From NCBI GenBank assembly GCA_964469255.1, contig CAYYKS010000001.1, positions 1 through 34,726 on the forward strand: a stretch of 34,726 bases of DNA, given 5' to 3'. Of this stretch, positions 19,202 through 28,198 are shown piece after piece (position 1 is the stretch's first letter; every line of letters begins with the position of its first letter). The notes below the pieces were generated by a model, which had not been told where the DNA came from, searched no databases, and was given only the letters and a program-made list of their open reading frames with translations. The position numbers and the translations under genes were made by a program. Source of the DNA: an uncultured Candidatus Saccharibacteria bacterium (GTDB lineage: Bacteria > Patescibacteriota > Minisyncoccia > Phycocordibacterales > UBA9973).

Positions 19202-19615
19202 TTAGACTAGATTATTTTGATTTCTGTGTGCCCACATTTCATCAGCACTCCAATACCCAGGTCCGTATGCGGCTAGGAATAGGAAGATGAAACATAGTAA
19301 TACTGCGGGTTGACCTTGGTTCATAAGGGGAACAAAAAAGTGCCCTGACGTAGCCACATGCCCTATAAAGTAAGCTACTGCCATTTGACCTGATAGCACA
19401 AAAGCAACTGGGCGAGTAAACAGTCCAAGGAGTATAGCTATACCTCCGACAAACTCTAGGATACCCGCTACTAGGATAATACCTGTAGCTTCATATCCTG
19501 CTGGCATACCACCAAACCATCCGAAGAGCTTTAATCCTCCGTTTTGTATAAAAATAATTCCCGCTACCACTCTCAACAGAAACACTGCAATTCCTACCAT
19601 TTTGTCTTTACTCAT
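19202..19615 (-). CDS. DoxX-family membrane protein
   Basis: 137 aa, four hydrophobic helices. The GGLKLFG and GLFTRP patterns are typical of DoxX. Confidence 0.8.
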   Translation of the reverse strand: MSKDKMVGIAVFLLRVVAGIIFIQNGGLKLFGWFGGMPAGYEATGIILVAGILEFVGGIAILLGLFTRPVAFVLSGQMAVAYFIGHVATSGHFFVPLMNQGQPAVLLCFIFLFLAAYGPGYWSADEMWAHRNQNNLV

Positions 19616-19663
19616 AAATTTTTTAAATTACTGATTTAATAATAAGTTTATTATAATACATAT

Positions 19664-20167
19664 ATGCATAAAAAAGTATTAGTGAATGACACGATGCAAA
19701 AAGGTTATAGTTATCTGCTTACTGAAAAAGCGGGTAAAAACTTTGATCCTAGATTTCACCCAGACCTGAGTCCAAAGGAAATGCTCGAGCTTGGAGTGTT
19801 TGGCGGTAGATATTTGAATGATTGCCAAAGAGAATTCCCTAAAGATTGGTTCAAAAAAGCCAAACTTAGTCCGGAAAAATACGATAAAGATTTAAACTTT
19901 TTTAAAATTAAAGCCAGTCAGTCACTGGCCGAGTGGCAGAAAAAAGGATGGATACATAAAGATGATCCGAGGGGATGGTTTCAATGGTACGCTCGGTACT
20001 ATATGGGGCGAAGACACAAAGATGACGAAAGGCAGATAAAGAGATGGGTAAATATGAAGCGCCACATCAGCTGGCTACAGGGCGCGTGTAGAGTTGGGGA
20101 TGTGTTTTGCCGACCTCGTCAAAGACAAGCCCTGCTCCACTGGGCCTATGATAGCAGGGGGTTATAA
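19664..20167 (+). CDS. Conserved hypothetical protein whose 3' end is duplicated at 21384
   Basis: 167 aa, soluble, Trp/Arg-rich (WFQWYARYYMGRR). It ends ...HWAYDSRGL-stop. Confidence 0.7.
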   Translation: MHKKVLVNDTMQKGYSYLLTEKAGKNFDPRFHPDLSPKEMLELGVFGGRYLNDCQREFPKDWFKKAKLSPEKYDKDLNFFKIKASQSLAEWQKKGWIHKDDPRGWFQWYARYYMGRRHKDDERQIKRWVNMKRHISWLQGACRVGDVFCRPRQRQALLHWAYDSRGL

Positions 20168-20169
20168 TT
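20137..20169 (+). repeat. Direct repeat copy 1 (functional 3' end of the 19664..20167 gene); attL-like
   Basis: ccactgggcctatgatagcagggggttataatt. The first 18 nt are identical to 21384-21401. Confidence 0.85.
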
Positions 20170-20380
20170 TTTTTACCACCTGTTTTATCTTCAAAAATTT
20201 GAATATTTTTTTTCCTAAAATATCTTTTAAAAAATGTGAAGTTTTATATTTACCTATTAACCACACAAAACCTAGTATAATCAATAAAGTAGTACCTGGA
20301 ACTGGGGTCAGCCAAAAAATTACTCCAGTAATGATAAAAAGTAAACCTAATATTTTATGAAAATTTTCTAATTTTTTCAT
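20162..20380 (-). CDS. Small two-TM membrane protein
   Basis: The likely start is MKKLENFHK at 20380. Contains LTPVPGTTLLIILG (a PGPGW-like pattern, low certainty). Its stop overlaps the stop of the convergent 19664..20167 gene. Confidence 0.5.
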   Translation of the reverse strand: MKKLENFHKILGLLFIITGVIFWLTPVPGTTLLIILGFVWLIGKYKTSHFLKDILGKKIFKFLKIKQVVKKL

Positions 20381-21176
20381 GATGTGTTTTATAATCCCAT
20401 TTGAAATTTTCTCCTCCCTCAATGCATGCCAGTAAGCGTTGAATGTGCTCACGCGGAATTCTGGTTTTAAAATAGCTTTTGGTTAAATCCTTTGGGTAAT
20501 GATCAATAGGCTCTGAAGCAATATGAAGCTCGTGCAAATTCTTTATAAAAATCTCTACAGTTTTATCAAAATTTATAGTAGTATCTGCGAAATTCCCTAC
20601 TAAAAAGTGCGGTAGGCTGTGGAATTTTGGATTTTTATTGTAGGCCATAAGCATTCCAGTGACTGTAAAAAATGTCCGGGAATCTATATGCTTAATAATT
20701 GTATCTATTCTTTCTATAGGGTATCCAGATTCTTCTTGTAAGAACTTACTAAACCAATTTGACCCCCATATCATTTTTTCTACGTGGAGAGCGTGCACCA
20801 ATTTTAGTACTGCTGAAATAATTATATAGCCCATCTTTTTCCAAACAGTCATATTTAAACATTCGTTATTTATAAATGGCTCCATGGCTAGTATAGCCTT
20901 ACATCTCTTGTCCAACTTGGCGTTGTTTATAACCAAGAAACCAAAAGAAACCCCGCCTACGATGTATTCATCGACATTTAATTCTGCAATTTTTTGATCA
21001 AAATAATTAGAAAATTTTTTAAAACTTATTTCCCCTTTTAAGGGTGGACTATTTTTGTGAAAACCAGGAAGGTCAATAAAGTGTACTGTGAAGAAATCAG
21101 CTAAAAATTCTTCCAAACCGTGAAGCAATAAACTATTTGTCGGAAACGAATGCACTAATATTAAATGTGGTTTCAT
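20355..21176 (-). CDS. Alpha/beta-fold hydrolase
   Basis: 273 aa. ILVHSFP oxyanion region and the nucleophile elbow GGVSFG (GxSxG). Confidence 0.8.
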   Translation of the reverse strand: MKPHLILVHSFPTNSLLLHGLEEFLADFFTVHFIDLPGFHKNSPPLKGEISFKKFSNYFDQKIAELNVDEYIVGGVSFGFLVINNAKLDKRCKAILAMEPFINNECLNMTVWKKMGYIIISAVLKLVHALHVEKMIWGSNWFSKFLQEESGYPIERIDTIIKHIDSRTFFTVTGMLMAYNKNPKFHSLPHFLVGNFADTTINFDKTVEIFIKNLHELHIASEPIDHYPKDLTKSYFKTRIPREHIQRLLACIEGGENFKWDYKTHHEKIRKFS

Positions 21177-21186
21177 AAATTATTTA

Positions 21187-21220
21187 CAAAAACAGTATAC
21201 CACGAGGGGGTACTGTTTTT
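21187..21220. terminator. Terminator-like hairpin flanked by A-run and T-run, just upstream of the hydrolase start
   Basis: caaaaacagtatacc-acgag-ggggtactgtttttg, an imperfect stem. It could insulate the cassette in either direction. Confidence 0.3.
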
Positions 21221-21279
21221 GTTCAAGTGGAAAGCGGTGAGATTCGCTGATATTACTGGGGGCTGTAGATTGCTTATCG

Positions 21280-21383
21280 CACCAAAATCCAGGCGGTTTT
21301 TGGGTGATTGCCACCTTTTTGTTGGATTTATGGGCTTTTTCACTGCGTTACAAACTGAGCTCGCAAGTTAAAGTTTTTCGAAC
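21280..21383 (+). repeat. GC-rich structured repeat family, copy A (short form)
   Basis: It shares these blocks, in order, with copy B: an A-tract palindrome (caccaaaatcc-aggc-ggtttttgggtg), attgcc, gatttatgg, ctgcgttacaaactg and tttcgaacc. Confidence 0.65.
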
Positions 21384-21416
21384 CCACTGGGCCTATGATA
21401 GTAGGGGACTATAGTT
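21384..21416 (+). repeat. Direct repeat copy 2: orphan relic of the 19664..20167 gene 3' end; attR-like
   Basis: cac tgg gcc tat gat agt agg gga cta tag translates to HWAYDSRGL-stop. That is identical to the real gene end, and all four nucleotide differences are synonymous. Confidence 0.85.
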
Positions 21417-21437
21417 ATCCACTTGACTTTAAATAAG

Positions 21438-21458
21438 ATACCCTATACCATAGGGTAT
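21438..21458. promoter_or_regulatory. Candidate CsoR operator (perfect 9-3-9 palindrome) overlapping a TTGACT promoter
   Basis: ATACCCTAT-acc-ATAGGGTAT ends immediately before the csoR ATG. TTGACT lies at 21423-21428. CsoR operators are TACCC...GGGTA-type palindromes (recalled). Confidence 0.55.
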
Positions 21459-21737
21459 ATGGTCAAAGAAAACATACACAAGCATGGAGAACCCAATGCT
21501 CGGGCGAAAAAAATTATCAATATGGCCGTAGGTAGTATGGCCAGGATTCCTGGTATGGTCGACGGTGGACGATATTGTCCCGAGATTATTCAACAGATAG
21601 ATAGTATCGTAGGTCTTTTGCATAGTGCACGAAAAGAATTATTGAAGGGTCACCTCGAGTCTTGTTTAGTGGAAAGACTAAAGACTGATAAAGAGGGGTC
21701 AATCAATGAGTTATTAAAAATCTACAACATGAAGTAG
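21459..21737 (+). CDS. csoR: CsoR/RcnR-family metal-sensing repressor
   Basis: I prefer the ATG at 21459 to the listed TTG at 21423. The RYCPEIIQQ...H...C pattern gives the Cys-His-Cys ligand set of copper-sensing CsoR. Confidence 0.85.
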   Translation: MVKENIHKHGEPNARAKKIINMAVGSMARIPGMVDGGRYCPEIIQQIDSIVGLLHSARKELLKGHLESCLVERLKTDKEGSINELLKIYNMK

Positions 21738-21775
21738 TTTTTTTGGTGTTTTATTAATAACTTTATATAAAAAAT

Positions 21776-22339
21776 ATGTCTAAAATTTCAACCGCATTAG
21801 CGATTTCTCTTATGATAGTCACCGGTGTTATCGGCTGGGTTGTTGGATATGCCAGCACTCCTGATTATAAAGCGAGTATGTTTGATAAAACCGCGATGGA
21901 CTTGGGTGTTGCCGATCGAAAACTAGATTTGCGTTATATTAATGCAATGATTGCTCACCACAGGGGAGCAATGCTTTTGGCTACAGAAGCTAGTATTCAA
22001 ACACAAAGAAAAGAAATGCAAGATTTATCCGCAATGATCTTGAAAGATGAGCCAAAAGCAATCGCTGAACTTTATAATTGGAAAAAAGAATGGTACGGAG
22101 ACACAAAGGAGGTGAAGGATCCAATAGTTTCTAATCTCGGAAGTTATGACGAAAAATTCGACTTACGTTTTCTTAATGCTCTCATTGCGCATCATGAAGC
22201 AGGTTTAATGATGACAAAAGAAGTAAAAACAAAATCAAGCAGAACTGAGATTTTAAACAATGCAGATGCGGTCGATACTTTTCTGACCACAACCTTAAAA
22301 CTTTTCGAGGACTGGAGAACACAATGGTATAACATTTAA
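21776..22339 (+). CDS. DUF305-family protein (membrane-anchored)
   Basis: 187 aa. Two copies of the FL..MI.HH..A..M motif ([28 protein letters not shown]). Confidence 0.85.
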   Translation: MSKISTALAISLMIVTGVIGWVVGYASTPDYKASMFDKTAMDLGVADRKLDLRYINAMIAHHRGAMLLATEASIQTQRKEMQDLSAMILKDEPKAIAELYNWKKEWYGDTKEVKDPIVSNLGSYDEKFDLRFLNALIAHHEAGLMMTKEVKTKSSRTEILNNADAVDTFLTTTLKLFEDWRTQWYNI

Positions 22340-22350
22340 TAAATCACCCT

Positions 22351-24621
22351 ATGACTAATAAAACATTAAAAATTAAAGGGATGCATTGTGCTAGTTGTTC
22401 AACTATTATCACCAACAAGGTTTCTAAGTTGGCGGGTATAGATGATATAAACGTTAATTTTGCCACAGAAAAAGCAACAGTTTCTTTTGATGGAAATGCT
22501 GTCTCTGTAAAACAAATGAACGATGAGATTGAAAAACTCGGGTATACATTTATTGATGAAGATGCACCTAAGGCAGGGGAAGACCACAGTATGCATACTG
22601 GAATGAACCAATCTAAAGAAGAAAAAACAAAAGAATTACTTGTCTTGCAAGACAAGACTCAGTTTGTACTACCTATTGCTCTGCTCGTATTCGCGCTTAT
22701 GATGTGGGACATAGGTGCCAAAATATTTTCTTCAATACCAAATCTGGCTTTGCCGATGTCTATTTTTAACACTGTTTCTATGATACTGGCCAGTGTTGTA
22801 TTCTTTTGGATAGGACAACCTTTTTTGCAAGGAGTAGTAAGGTTTGCTAAATACCGTGTCGCCAATATGGATACCCTGATTGGTATCGGAACCCTCGTTG
22901 CATATCTATACAGTATTATTATTACACTTTTCCCTCAAGTGAGACTTGCTTTAAGTTTACCTGAAACTACTTATTTTGATGTGACTATTGTGGTTATCGG
23001 TTTTGTGGTGTTAGGCAAATATCTCGAAGCACGATCAAAACTTCGTACTGGTGAAGCCATAGAAAAACTTCTTGGTCTGCAGGCAAAAACAGCCTTGCTG
23101 TGGCGCAATGGCTCCGAAGTAGAAGTTCCTGTAAGTGAAGTACAGATCGGAGACATACTTATTGTAAAACCAGGATCAAAAATCCCTGTCGATGGAGAAA
23201 TCGTTGAAGGGTATTCATCTATCGATGAATCCATGATCACAGGTGAATCGGTTCCTGTGGATAAAAAGATTGGTGATATTGTTGTAGGTGCAACAATAAA
23301 CAAGCAAGGTAATTTTAAATTTAAAGCTACAAAAATTGGATCTGATACAGTGCTCGCTCAGATTATAAAAATGGTTGAGGATGCCCAAGGATCAAAAGCC
23401 CCAATCCAGGCATTGGCCGATAAAATTTCTAGTGTCTTTGTACCAACAGTGTTGGTCATAGCTATCGTGACATTGATTCTGTGGCTTACGGTTGGCGCAT
23501 CAGCTATTGGTTTTTCTACCGCTCTTTCTTATGGAATTTTCTCTTTTGTTGGGGTACTTGTTATCGCATGTCCTTGTGCATTGGGTTTGGCTACTCCGAC
23601 TGCAATCATCGTCGGTGTTGGTAAGGGGGCAGAGCATGGTATTCTCATTCGAAACGCTGAAGCCTTAGAAAAACTTAGTCATGTAGATACTGTTGTTCTC
23701 GACAAGACGGGAACCATTACCAAAGGAAAACCAGAAGTGACTGATATTATTTCTTTTGGCGGAGAGTGGACAGAGAAAGACATACTTCGCATCAGTGCGA
23801 GCGTAGAAAAACTTTCTGAACATCCACTAGCAGATGCTGTTGTAGTGAAAGCTGACGAACAAAAAATACTTCTCGATAACGTTGTAAATTTTCAAGCTCT
23901 AGAAGGCGTTGGAGTGGAAGGGTTGATTGGTGCTAAAAATGTATCGATTCACAAACCACTAAAAGATGGATCAAATGCGGATAAAATAAAAGAGTTACAA
24001 GAGCAGGGCAAAACAGTTGTTGTTGTCGAAGTTGATAAAAAACAAATTGGACTTATTGCGCTCGCTGATACCTTGAAAGAAGAATCAAAAGAGGCTGTGG
24101 CTAAACTGCGAGCTAGAAATATTAAAGTGATAATGCTCACCGGGGATAATCATTTAGCGGCCAGCTATATAGCCAAACTCGCGGGTATTGATGATGTAAT
24201 CTCCGAAGTCATACCTGCAGAAAAGAGAGGTAAAATAAAAGAATTGCAAGATGGCGGGGCAACCGTAGCGATGGTTGGGGATGGAATAAACGATGCTCCA
24301 GCTCTAGTCCAAGCAGATGTCGGTATCGCCATGGGAACAGGTACTGATGTGGCTATCGAATCTGCGGGGATAACACTTCTAGGTGGTGATGTTTCAAAAA
24401 TTGCTCAAGCAATAAAATTGTCACACATAACCATGAGGGGAATAAAACAAAATCTTTTCTGGGCTTTTATATTTAATGTTGTTGGTATACCTGTGGCCGC
24501 AGGACTTTTCTATCCATTATTTGGATGGTTACTAAATCCAGCTTTTGCCGGACTGGCTATGGCATTTTCTAGTGTTTCTGTGGTATCGAATTCATTACGA
24601 ATTAAGGCAAAGAAATTATAA
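22351..24621 (+). CDS. copA: Copper-translocating P1B-type ATPase
   Basis: 756 aa. N-terminal HMA (GMHCASCS), TGES, CPC ([11 protein letters not shown]), [15 protein letters not shown]. Confidence 0.95.
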   Translation: MTNKTLKIKGMHCASCSTIITNKVSKLAGIDDINVNFATEKATVSFDGNAVSVKQMNDEIEKLGYTFIDEDAPKAGEDHSMHTGMNQSKEEKTKELLVLQDKTQFVLPIALLVFALMMWDIGAKIFSSIPNLALPMSIFNTVSMILASVVFFWIGQPFLQGVVRFAKYRVANMDTLIGIGTLVAYLYSIIITLFPQVRLALSLPETTYFDVTIVVIGFVVLGKYLEARSKLRTGEAIEKLLGLQAKTALLWRNGSEVEVPVSEVQIGDILIVKPGSKIPVDGEIVEGYSSIDESMITGESVPVDKKIGDIVVGATINKQGNFKFKATKIGSDTVLAQIIKMVEDAQGSKAPIQALADKISSVFVPTVLVIAIVTLILWLTVGASAIGFSTALSYGIFSFVGVLVIACPCALGLATPTAIIVGVGKGAEHGILIRNAEALEKLSHVDTVVLDKTGTITKGKPEVTDIISFGGEWTEKDILRISASVEKLSEHPLADAVVVKADEQKILLDNVVNFQALEGVGVEGLIGAKNVSIHKPLKDGSNADKIKELQEQGKTVVVVEVDKKQIGLIALADTLKEESKEAVAKLRARNIKVIMLTGDNHLAASYIAKLAGIDDVISEVIPAEKRGKIKELQDGGATVAMVGDGINDAPALVQADVGIAMGTGTDVAIESAGITLLGGDVSKIAQAIKLSHITMRGIKQNLFWAFIFNVVGIPVAAGLFYPLFGWLLNPAFAGLAMAFSSVSVVSNSLRIKAKKL

Positions 24622-24673
24622 ATGTTAAAATAGAATACTAGAGAAAATAGGTGAAATCTTGCAAATAGAATTT

Positions 24674-25285
24674 ATGAACTTAAAACATATAAAATTATTC
24701 ATAGGCTTACTAGCACTTCTTGCTTACATTGGCATAGGGGTGTTTGGCTTGTTTCAATTGGGGCACATAAGTGAGATGCCTACGGCTAATTGCTCATATT
24801 CAGTGAATAACTTCTCGATATGTGAGAATAGTATTAGGCATATTGATCATTGGCATCAATTCTCAAATATAACACTGGCATCCCTATTTATTTTTTCGGT
24901 TTTTATGCTTGGAATAGTTTTGTATTTTTTAAGTTATCACAAGTTTTTAAACCAGAATCAATATTTTTATAGGTGGAAATATTATATTGATTACCAAAAA
25001 TCCTTAAATTATCTACATAAAATAATCACATGGTTATCACGTTTCGAGAATAGTCCTCCTGTGCATAGAGCTTTTATTATTATTTCTAATTTTAAAAAAC
25101 TATGCAAACAAAAAAAACTAAGAATAATGCAAAATATAAATTCATTGACCCAGAAATGGCAATCGATCTTGTGTGCGGAATGGAGCTCAATGCAGAGAAT
25201 ATTAAGGCAAACACAGACTACAAAGATAAAACCTACTACTTTTGCGCTATCCACTGCAAAAATCACTTTGCAGCCGATCCTGTAA
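24674..25285 (+). CDS. Hypothetical membrane protein; 3' end uncertain
   Basis: Two hydrophobic helices and Cys/His-containing loops in the first ~135 aa. The last 184 nt overlap the better-supported YHS gene in another frame, and their translation looks non-protein-like. Confidence 0.4.
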   Translation: MNLKHIKLFIGLLALLAYIGIGVFGLFQLGHISEMPTANCSYSVNNFSICENSIRHIDHWHQFSNITLASLFIFSVFMLGIVLYFLSYHKFLNQNQYFYRWKYYIDYQKSLNYLHKIITWLSRFENSPPVHRAFIIISNFKKLCKQKKLRIMQNINSLTQKWQSILCAEWSSMQRILRQTQTTKIKPTTFALSTAKITLQPIL

Positions 25286-25302
25286 AATATGTAGGAGAAT
25301 AA
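25102..25302 (+). CDS. YHS/TRASH-domain metal-binding protein
   Basis: 66 aa. DLVCGMEL...YYFCAIHCKNHFAADPVKY is the YHS pattern. Confidence 0.8.
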   Translation: MQTKKTKNNAKYKFIDPEMAIDLVCGMELNAENIKANTDYKDKTYYFCAIHCKNHFAADPVKYVGE

Positions 25303-25325
25303 ATTATTAAACTAACTATAAAAAT

Positions 25326-25955
25326 ATGAACAATAATCAAAACAATAAAATAGGATTTGGCATAGGATGGATTGCTGTTGGTCTAATTCTAGGTATGTTT
25401 ATTATTCCAATGATGCGTAGTAATTCAGTTGTTTCAAACAATATTCAAAATACAAGTTCAAAGACTGTAAATGTAGGTGGGGTTGATCAGCACTTCATAG
25501 AGCAGATGATACCTCACCACGATGGAGCTATCGCGATGGCAAACATGGCGTTTGTAAAGTCTAATCGCACAGAAGTTAAAACCCTCGCTAAAGAAATCAT
25601 AGACGCTCAAGAAAGAGAGATAAAAGATATGCAAGGTTGGTATAAAAATTGGTTTGGAAAAGATGTGAATACTCAAAATACATTTTCTATGATGAATGGC
25701 GGAGGAATGATGTCGGGAGGAGGGATGCACATGGGTGGAAAGGAAGATGTCACAGCGCTAGAAAATGCAGCGGATTTCGATAAGGCATTTATTGAGGGAA
25801 TGATTCCACATCATCAATTGGCTATTATGATGGCTCAAATGTTGAAATCTGGTACCAATAGACCCGAGATGCTTACTCTTGCTAACAATATTATTGAATC
25901 ACAGTCAGAAGAGATAACCAAAATGCAAGGTTGGTATAAGAGTTGGTATAAATAA
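25326..25955 (+). CDS. DUF305-family protein with Met/Gly-rich insert
   Basis: 209 aa. Two MIPHH motifs plus MMNGGGMMSGGGMHMGG between them, a methionine-rich stretch of the kind seen in Cu(I)-binding proteins. Confidence 0.85.
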   Translation: MNNNQNNKIGFGIGWIAVGLILGMFIIPMMRSNSVVSNNIQNTSSKTVNVGGVDQHFIEQMIPHHDGAIAMANMAFVKSNRTEVKTLAKEIIDAQEREIKDMQGWYKNWFGKDVNTQNTFSMMNGGGMMSGGGMHMGGKEDVTALENAADFDKAFIEGMIPHHQLAIMMAQMLKSGTNRPEMLTLANNIIESQSEEITKMQGWYKSWYK

Positions 25956-25963
25956 AATTATAT

Positions 25964-26497
25964 ATGAAAATCGAGCATAGATTTTTAATAGGTACGGTAT
26001 TGGTGACTGGTGTTATTGTAGTCATGTTGTCTTTGTCTAGTGAAAAAGACGAGATAAAAGAAGTGGATAGATTCAGTAAAGCCCCATTGGGAGAAAAGAT
26101 AAGTGAAATGAAATCACCACATGTGAAATTAGGGGCTTCTCATGAACCATATAATTCTAACCCTCCTACTTCGGGGCCACATACAGGTAATGATGTAGCA
26201 GGAGCAGGTATTAAAGAAAAACCTGTCGTAGATGAAATCGTTGTGCACAGTTTAGAGCATGGCGCTGTGGTCCTCTGGTACAGAGATGACTTAAAATCTG
26301 AAGATATAAATATGCTGAAAAATATCTTTAATGAAGCCTCTGGGAAAAAAATTATGATGCCACGTTCAAATATGGATACACCCATAGCGCTTACATCATG
26401 GACTTATCTTATGAAATTAGATAAGGTTGACGCTGAAAAAATAAAAGAATTTATCGAAATTAATAATGATAGAGGCCCTGAGAAAGCTTCAATATAA
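25964..26497 (+). CDS. DUF3105-like membrane-anchored protein
   Basis: 177 aa. PPTSGPH and HSLEHGAVVLWY patterns. Confidence 0.7.
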   Translation: MKIEHRFLIGTVLVTGVIVVMLSLSSEKDEIKEVDRFSKAPLGEKISEMKSPHVKLGASHEPYNSNPPTSGPHTGNDVAGAGIKEKPVVDEIVVHSLEHGAVVLWYRDDLKSEDINMLKNIFNEASGKKIMMPRSNMDTPIALTSWTYLMKLDKVDAEKIKEFIEINNDRGPEKASI

Positions 26498-26501
26498 ATA
26501 T

Positions 26502-27509
26502 ATGAATAAATACACATTTCATGTTTCGGGTACTCATTGTGCGTCGTGTAAGATCTTGATTGAAGATGTTTTAACTGAGCAAGATTTTATTAAAAATTCA
26601 AAAGTAGATTTAAATAATGAAACAGTAGAAATCGAAACTGATAGCGAACAGAGTGCGGAAGAAATTGCCACCTTGATTACCAGTAAAATAAAACCAAATG
26701 GATATGCGCTCTCAGTTGAGAGAATGGCGGAAGTTAGAGAGGGTGATGACGTTATTTGGAAAGCTATACCCCTTGGACTTTTATTCTTGGCCTTATTTTT
26801 TGTATTGCAAAAATCTGGGATTTTAAATCTAGGTATCGGTGGTAATACTACTCCAACCACAAGTTTTGTTATTGGGCTCATAGCTTCGGTTTCTTCATGT
26901 CTCGCTATAGTCGGGGGATTGGTTTTGTCGCTCTCTGCAAAAATATCAGAAGACAATACGAGCGATACTAAAACTTTTTTACTTTTTCACATTGGCCGGT
27001 TGGTTAGCTTTGCGGTACTCGGAGGGGTGCTGGGAGTGATAGGTAATGTTGTTGGAATTAATTTTACTTTCACCGCGATGCTCGGGATTATAGCATCCTT
27101 GGTGATGCTCATACTTGGTTTAAATTTGGTTGGAGTATTTGCTAACAATAAACTTACTTTAAACTCAGGAGTTTTTAATTTTTTTAGAAGAATAGAGCAC
27201 AAGACCTTTACTCCACTTATCATTGGTTTTGGAACATTTTTCCTGCCTTGTGGCTTTACTCAGTCTATGCAAGTTTCGGCTATTTCTAGTGGTTCATTTG
27301 TGTCTGGAATGCTCATCATGTTTGCTTTTGCTTTAGGTACATTGCCCATGCTCGCCCTGCTTTCATTTGGGTCAGCATCTTTTGCTCAAAGTAAATATGC
27401 ACCTTTGTTCTTTAAATCTGCGGGGGTTGTGGTTATAGGTCTAGGTATATTTGCACTACTTTCAGGGCTCGCGGGGCTCGGTATTATAAATCCCTTATTT
27501 AGTATTTAA
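26502..27509 (+). CDS. HMA-domain fused to a multi-pass TauE/SafE- or DsbD-like membrane domain
   Basis: I prefer the ATG at 26502 (the previous gene stops at 26497). N-terminal GTHCASCK HMA domain, then about 6 TM helices with a conserved PCG. Confidence 0.8.
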   Translation: MNKYTFHVSGTHCASCKILIEDVLTEQDFIKNSKVDLNNETVEIETDSEQSAEEIATLITSKIKPNGYALSVERMAEVREGDDVIWKAIPLGLLFLALFFVLQKSGILNLGIGGNTTPTTSFVIGLIASVSSCLAIVGGLVLSLSAKISEDNTSDTKTFLLFHIGRLVSFAVLGGVLGVIGNVVGINFTFTAMLGIIASLVMLILGLNLVGVFANNKLTLNSGVFNFFRRIEHKTFTPLIIGFGTFFLPCGFTQSMQVSAISSGSFVSGMLIMFAFALGTLPMLALLSFGSASFAQSKYAPLFFKSAGVVVIGLGIFALLSGLAGLGIINPLFSI

Positions 27510-27536
27510 TTTGGTATAATTCGAATATAAAATTGT

Positions 27537-27923
27537 ATGAATAAAACAGTTTCAATTATTATAACTCTCAGTCTTATCCTTGCCGTAGGGATTATTTTTT
27601 CAGACTCAGGAACGAAAGGCACAGATCAAGCTGTGCAAAATAGTGTCATAAAAGATGGGGTACAATACATTACAATCGAGGCTAAGGGGGGATATTCACC
27701 ACAGACTAGTAATGCCAAAGCTGGAATTCCAACAAAACTAATCGTAAAAACAAGCGGGACGTATGACTGCTCGGCTTCTTTGGTTATCAAATCAATTGGT
27801 TTTCAAAAAATATTATCTCAGAACGGAGAAGAAATAATTGACCTAGGTACTCCAAAGGCAGGGGATAAATTCCAAGGAGTGTGCGGAATGGGTATGTATA
27901 GTTTTATAGTTAACTTTAGTTAA
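27537..27923 (+). CDS. Small secreted cupredoxin-like protein
   Basis: 128 aa. Signal anchor, beta-rich, C...C.MGM-type ending (GVCGMGMY). It is the last gene of the metal island. Confidence 0.55.
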   Translation: MNKTVSIIITLSLILAVGIIFSDSGTKGTDQAVQNSVIKDGVQYITIEAKGGYSPQTSNAKAGIPTKLIVKTSGTYDCSASLVIKSIGFQKILSQNGEEIIDLGTPKAGDKFQGVCGMGMYSFIVNFS

Positions 27924-27968
27924 AGAATAGACGCCCTTGGTTTCTATTCTTATGGCCGTAGAGTACCT

Positions 27969-28198
27969 ATTCCATCAAAACCAAGGCGGTTTTGATGGAA
28001 TTGCCTAGTTTTACTAGATTTATGGCTGCGTTACAAACTGCGGAAGCGGTGACCTGCCTACCGGCAGGCAGGGATTCGCCGATACTGCGGCGGGTGCTTT
28101 TCCATCTCACTACGTTCGCAGGGAAAAGCCTTTCGAACCTCACACGCGAGCAAAGCAGTTTGCTCGCTCGCTCCGCAGTTTTTCACTGCGTTTTAAAC
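27969..28198 (+). repeat. GC-rich structured repeat family, copy B (long form), contiguous with the left 191-bp inverted repeat
   Basis: It opens with a perfect 14-5-14 palindrome, attccatcaaaacc-aaggc-ggttttgatggaat (27969-28001). Next come attgcc, gatttatgg, ctgcgttacaaactgcgg, several perfect 6-9 bp hairpins, tttcgaacc, and a second ctgcgttttaaactgcgg. Confidence 0.65.

Noticed and set aside
21165-21371. Listed 68-aa plus-strand ORF between the hydrolase gene and csoR.
   Set aside because: It runs through the terminator-like hairpin and repeat copy A, and it has no protein-like features. It is explained by the GC-rich repeat.
21423-21458. The TTG start at 21423 for csoR, and similar upstream alternative starts (24659 TTG, 26466 ATG, 29497 GTG, 32009 TTG, 13113 ATG).
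   Set aside because: In each case a downstream ATG gives a protein beginning at the conserved N-terminus or signal peptide, and removes an overlap with the preceding gene or an operator. The upstream extensions add non-conserved residues.
27924-27968. A third degenerate copy of the ccactgggcctatgatag att-like core near copy B or near the recombinase.
   Set aside because: The best local match (cttatggccgtagagtacc) shares only about half the positions, which is no better than chance by eye.
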